Source: an uncultured Actinomycetes bacterium (lineage in GTDB: Bacteria; Actinomycetota; Thermoleophilia; Gaiellales; Gaiellaceae). Taken from it: DNA of 64,000 bases. The translations under genes were made by a program, and so were the position numbers. The notes under the pieces are model-generated. The model worked only from the letters and a program-made list of their open reading frames with translations, ran no database searches and was not told the origin of the DNA. Where the stretch lies: contig CAVZNV010000023.1 of assembly GCA_963776735.1 (NCBI GenBank), forward strand, positions 15,080-79,079. The letters are read 5' to 3'. Below are positions 62,799-64,000 of the stretch, in pieces (the first letter of the stretch is position 1; the number at the start of each line of letters is the position of its first letter).

Positions 62799-63737
62799 GT
62801 GATGACACTGAGCCTGTCGCGGAACGGCCATTCCTCGAACGGCCTGCATGAACCCGCTCACCGGCCGGCGAGAGCGACGATCAAGAGCTTGCTCGCAGGC
62901 CCGAAAGCGGCCGTGATCTTCGGCGTGCACAACGCGCTCGGGGCGAAGATCGCCGAGGAGGCAGGCGCCGACGGGCTCTGGATCTCGAGCTTCGAGCTTC
63001 ACGCCGCGCACCGGCTCCCGGACGCCGACATCCTCGGCGCGGAGGACTACGTCTCCGTCGTCCACCAGATCGTCGACCGCGTGCAGATTCCCGTCTTCGT
63101 CGACGGCAACGCCGGCGGCGGCAACGCGATCAACACGATCCGGCTGGTGCGCGAGTTCGAGAAGGCAGGCGCGTCGGGGATGTGCATCGAGGACAACCCG
63201 TTCCCGAAGCGCTGCTCGTTCTACGACGGCATGCAGGAGGAGCTCGAGCTCGAGAGCACCTTCTGCGGGAAGATCGAGGCCTGCCTCGACAAGCGGCGCC
63301 ATCCGGAGTTCGCGGTCGTCGCGCGCACCGAGGCGCTGATCAAGGAGCTCGGGCTCGACGTCGCGCTCGACCGCACGAAGGCGTACGCGGCGGCCGGCGC
63401 CGAGGGGGTCCTCATCCACCACAAGGGCTCCGACCCTGAGCCGGTGCTCGAGTTCGCCGACCGCTGGTACCGCACCGAGGACGTACCGCTCGTGTGCGTG
63501 CCGACGACCTACAACTCGGTCACCTACCGCGAGCTGAACGACGCGGGCTTCCGCCTGATCATCTTCGCGAACTACGGCGTGCGCGCGATCGTCAAGGCGC
63601 TGCAGACGACGTTCGAGGCGGTCATGGCCCACAAGCGCCTGGCGGACGCCGACGAGCAGGTCGTCCCGATGGAAGAGGTCTTCCGCCTGATCTACGTGGA
63701 CGAGCTGAAGGAGAATGAGGCGCGTTACGTCAGATAG
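62799..63737 (+). CDS. pepM: phosphoenolpyruvate mutase (isocitrate lyase/PEP mutase superfamily)
   Basis: Superfamily core (FGVHNALGAKIAEEAGADGLWISSFE, VDGNAGGGN) and the PepM-type motif CIEDNPFPKRCSF (compare EDKxFPKxNS). Confidence 0.8.
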   Translation: MMTLSLSRNGHSSNGLHEPAHRPARATIKSLLAGPKAAVIFGVHNALGAKIAEEAGADGLWISSFELHAAHRLPDADILGAEDYVSVVHQIVDRVQIPVFVDGNAGGGNAINTIRLVREFEKAGASGMCIEDNPFPKRCSFYDGMQEELELESTFCGKIEACLDKRRHPEFAVVARTEALIKELGLDVALDRTKAYAAAGAEGVLIHHKGSDPEPVLEFADRWYRTEDVPLVCVPTTYNSVTYRELNDAGFRLIIFANYGVRAIVKALQTTFEAVMAHKRLADADEQVVPMEEVFRLIYVDELKENEARYVR

Positions 63738-64000
63738 CGGACTGCTCGACGAGCTCGTCGCCGAGGGACACGACTTCTTCACAGGCGTCCCCGACAGCGG
63801 GCTCAGGCGCTTTCTGGAGGACGTCTACGCGCTGCCGCCCGAGCAGCACGTCGGCGCGACCTGGGAGGCGGAGGCGGTCGGCATCGCGGCCGGCGCGTAC
63901 CTCGCCGGGCGGAAGCCGTGCGTCTACCTGCAGAACGCCGGCCTCGGCCACGCCGTCAACCCGCTCGCGTCCCTCTGCATCCCCTACGGGATCGAGATGA
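63716..64000 (+). CDS. phosphonopyruvate decarboxylase, 3' end outside window
   Basis: ATG 63716 follows a GAAGGAGA ribosome-binding site and overlaps the pepM end. The frame is open to the window edge. The N-terminal TPP-enzyme pattern (FFTGVPDSGL...VGATWEAEAVGIAAGAYLAG...YLQNAGLGHAVNPLASL) matches Ppd/AepY. Confidence 0.75.

Noticed and set aside
62742-63782. 346-aa minus-strand ORF
   Set aside because: It is antisense to the PEP mutase gene, which has the diagnostic EDNPFPK motif. No motifs appear in the antisense translation.

Overview
High-GC (~70%) chromosomal segment, probably from an actinobacterium (Thermoleophilia/Rubrobacteria-like; this is inference). Most of it is conserved housekeeping synteny. 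On the plus side: a Zn/Mn ABC importer, rmuC, trxB, pntAA-AB-B. On the minus strand a long co-directional run: yceD, ABC-F, rpmF, plsX, acpP, rnc, smc, ftsY, ffh, rpsP, KH, rimM, trmD, lepB, rplS, rnhB, yraN, htpX, a DNA methyltransferase, comM, dprA, then three metabolic genes. Also present: dinG, nth, addAB, tRNA-Leu(UAA), tRNA-Ala(UGC), and a flippase/PEP-mutase/phosphonopyruvate-decarboxylase start at the 3' edge. I saw no rRNA, CRISPR array, transposase or intact integrase. Main observations: (1) comM is split by a 1,310-bp recombinase-less insert made of two head-to-tail single-ORF modules that share a ~29-nt tail; the junctions share only a TG dinucleotide. (2) A 61-bp duplicate of the tRNA-Leu 3' half lies 3,660 bp from the intact tRNA and brackets an integrase-less islet of secreted proteins. 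(3) One ORF fuses a large-serine-recombinase 'Recombinase' domain to a degenerate GGDEF domain, in a c-di-GMP/pseudokinase neighbourhood next to tRNA-Ala. (4) LepB carries an N-terminal degenerate J-domain. (5) ffh, rimM, rnhB and a nitronate monooxygenase each have a 1-nt frame break, and rnc has no canonical start; with essential genes affected, assembly indels are the likelier cause. All calls come from reading the sequence and ORF translations by eye; no searches were run.
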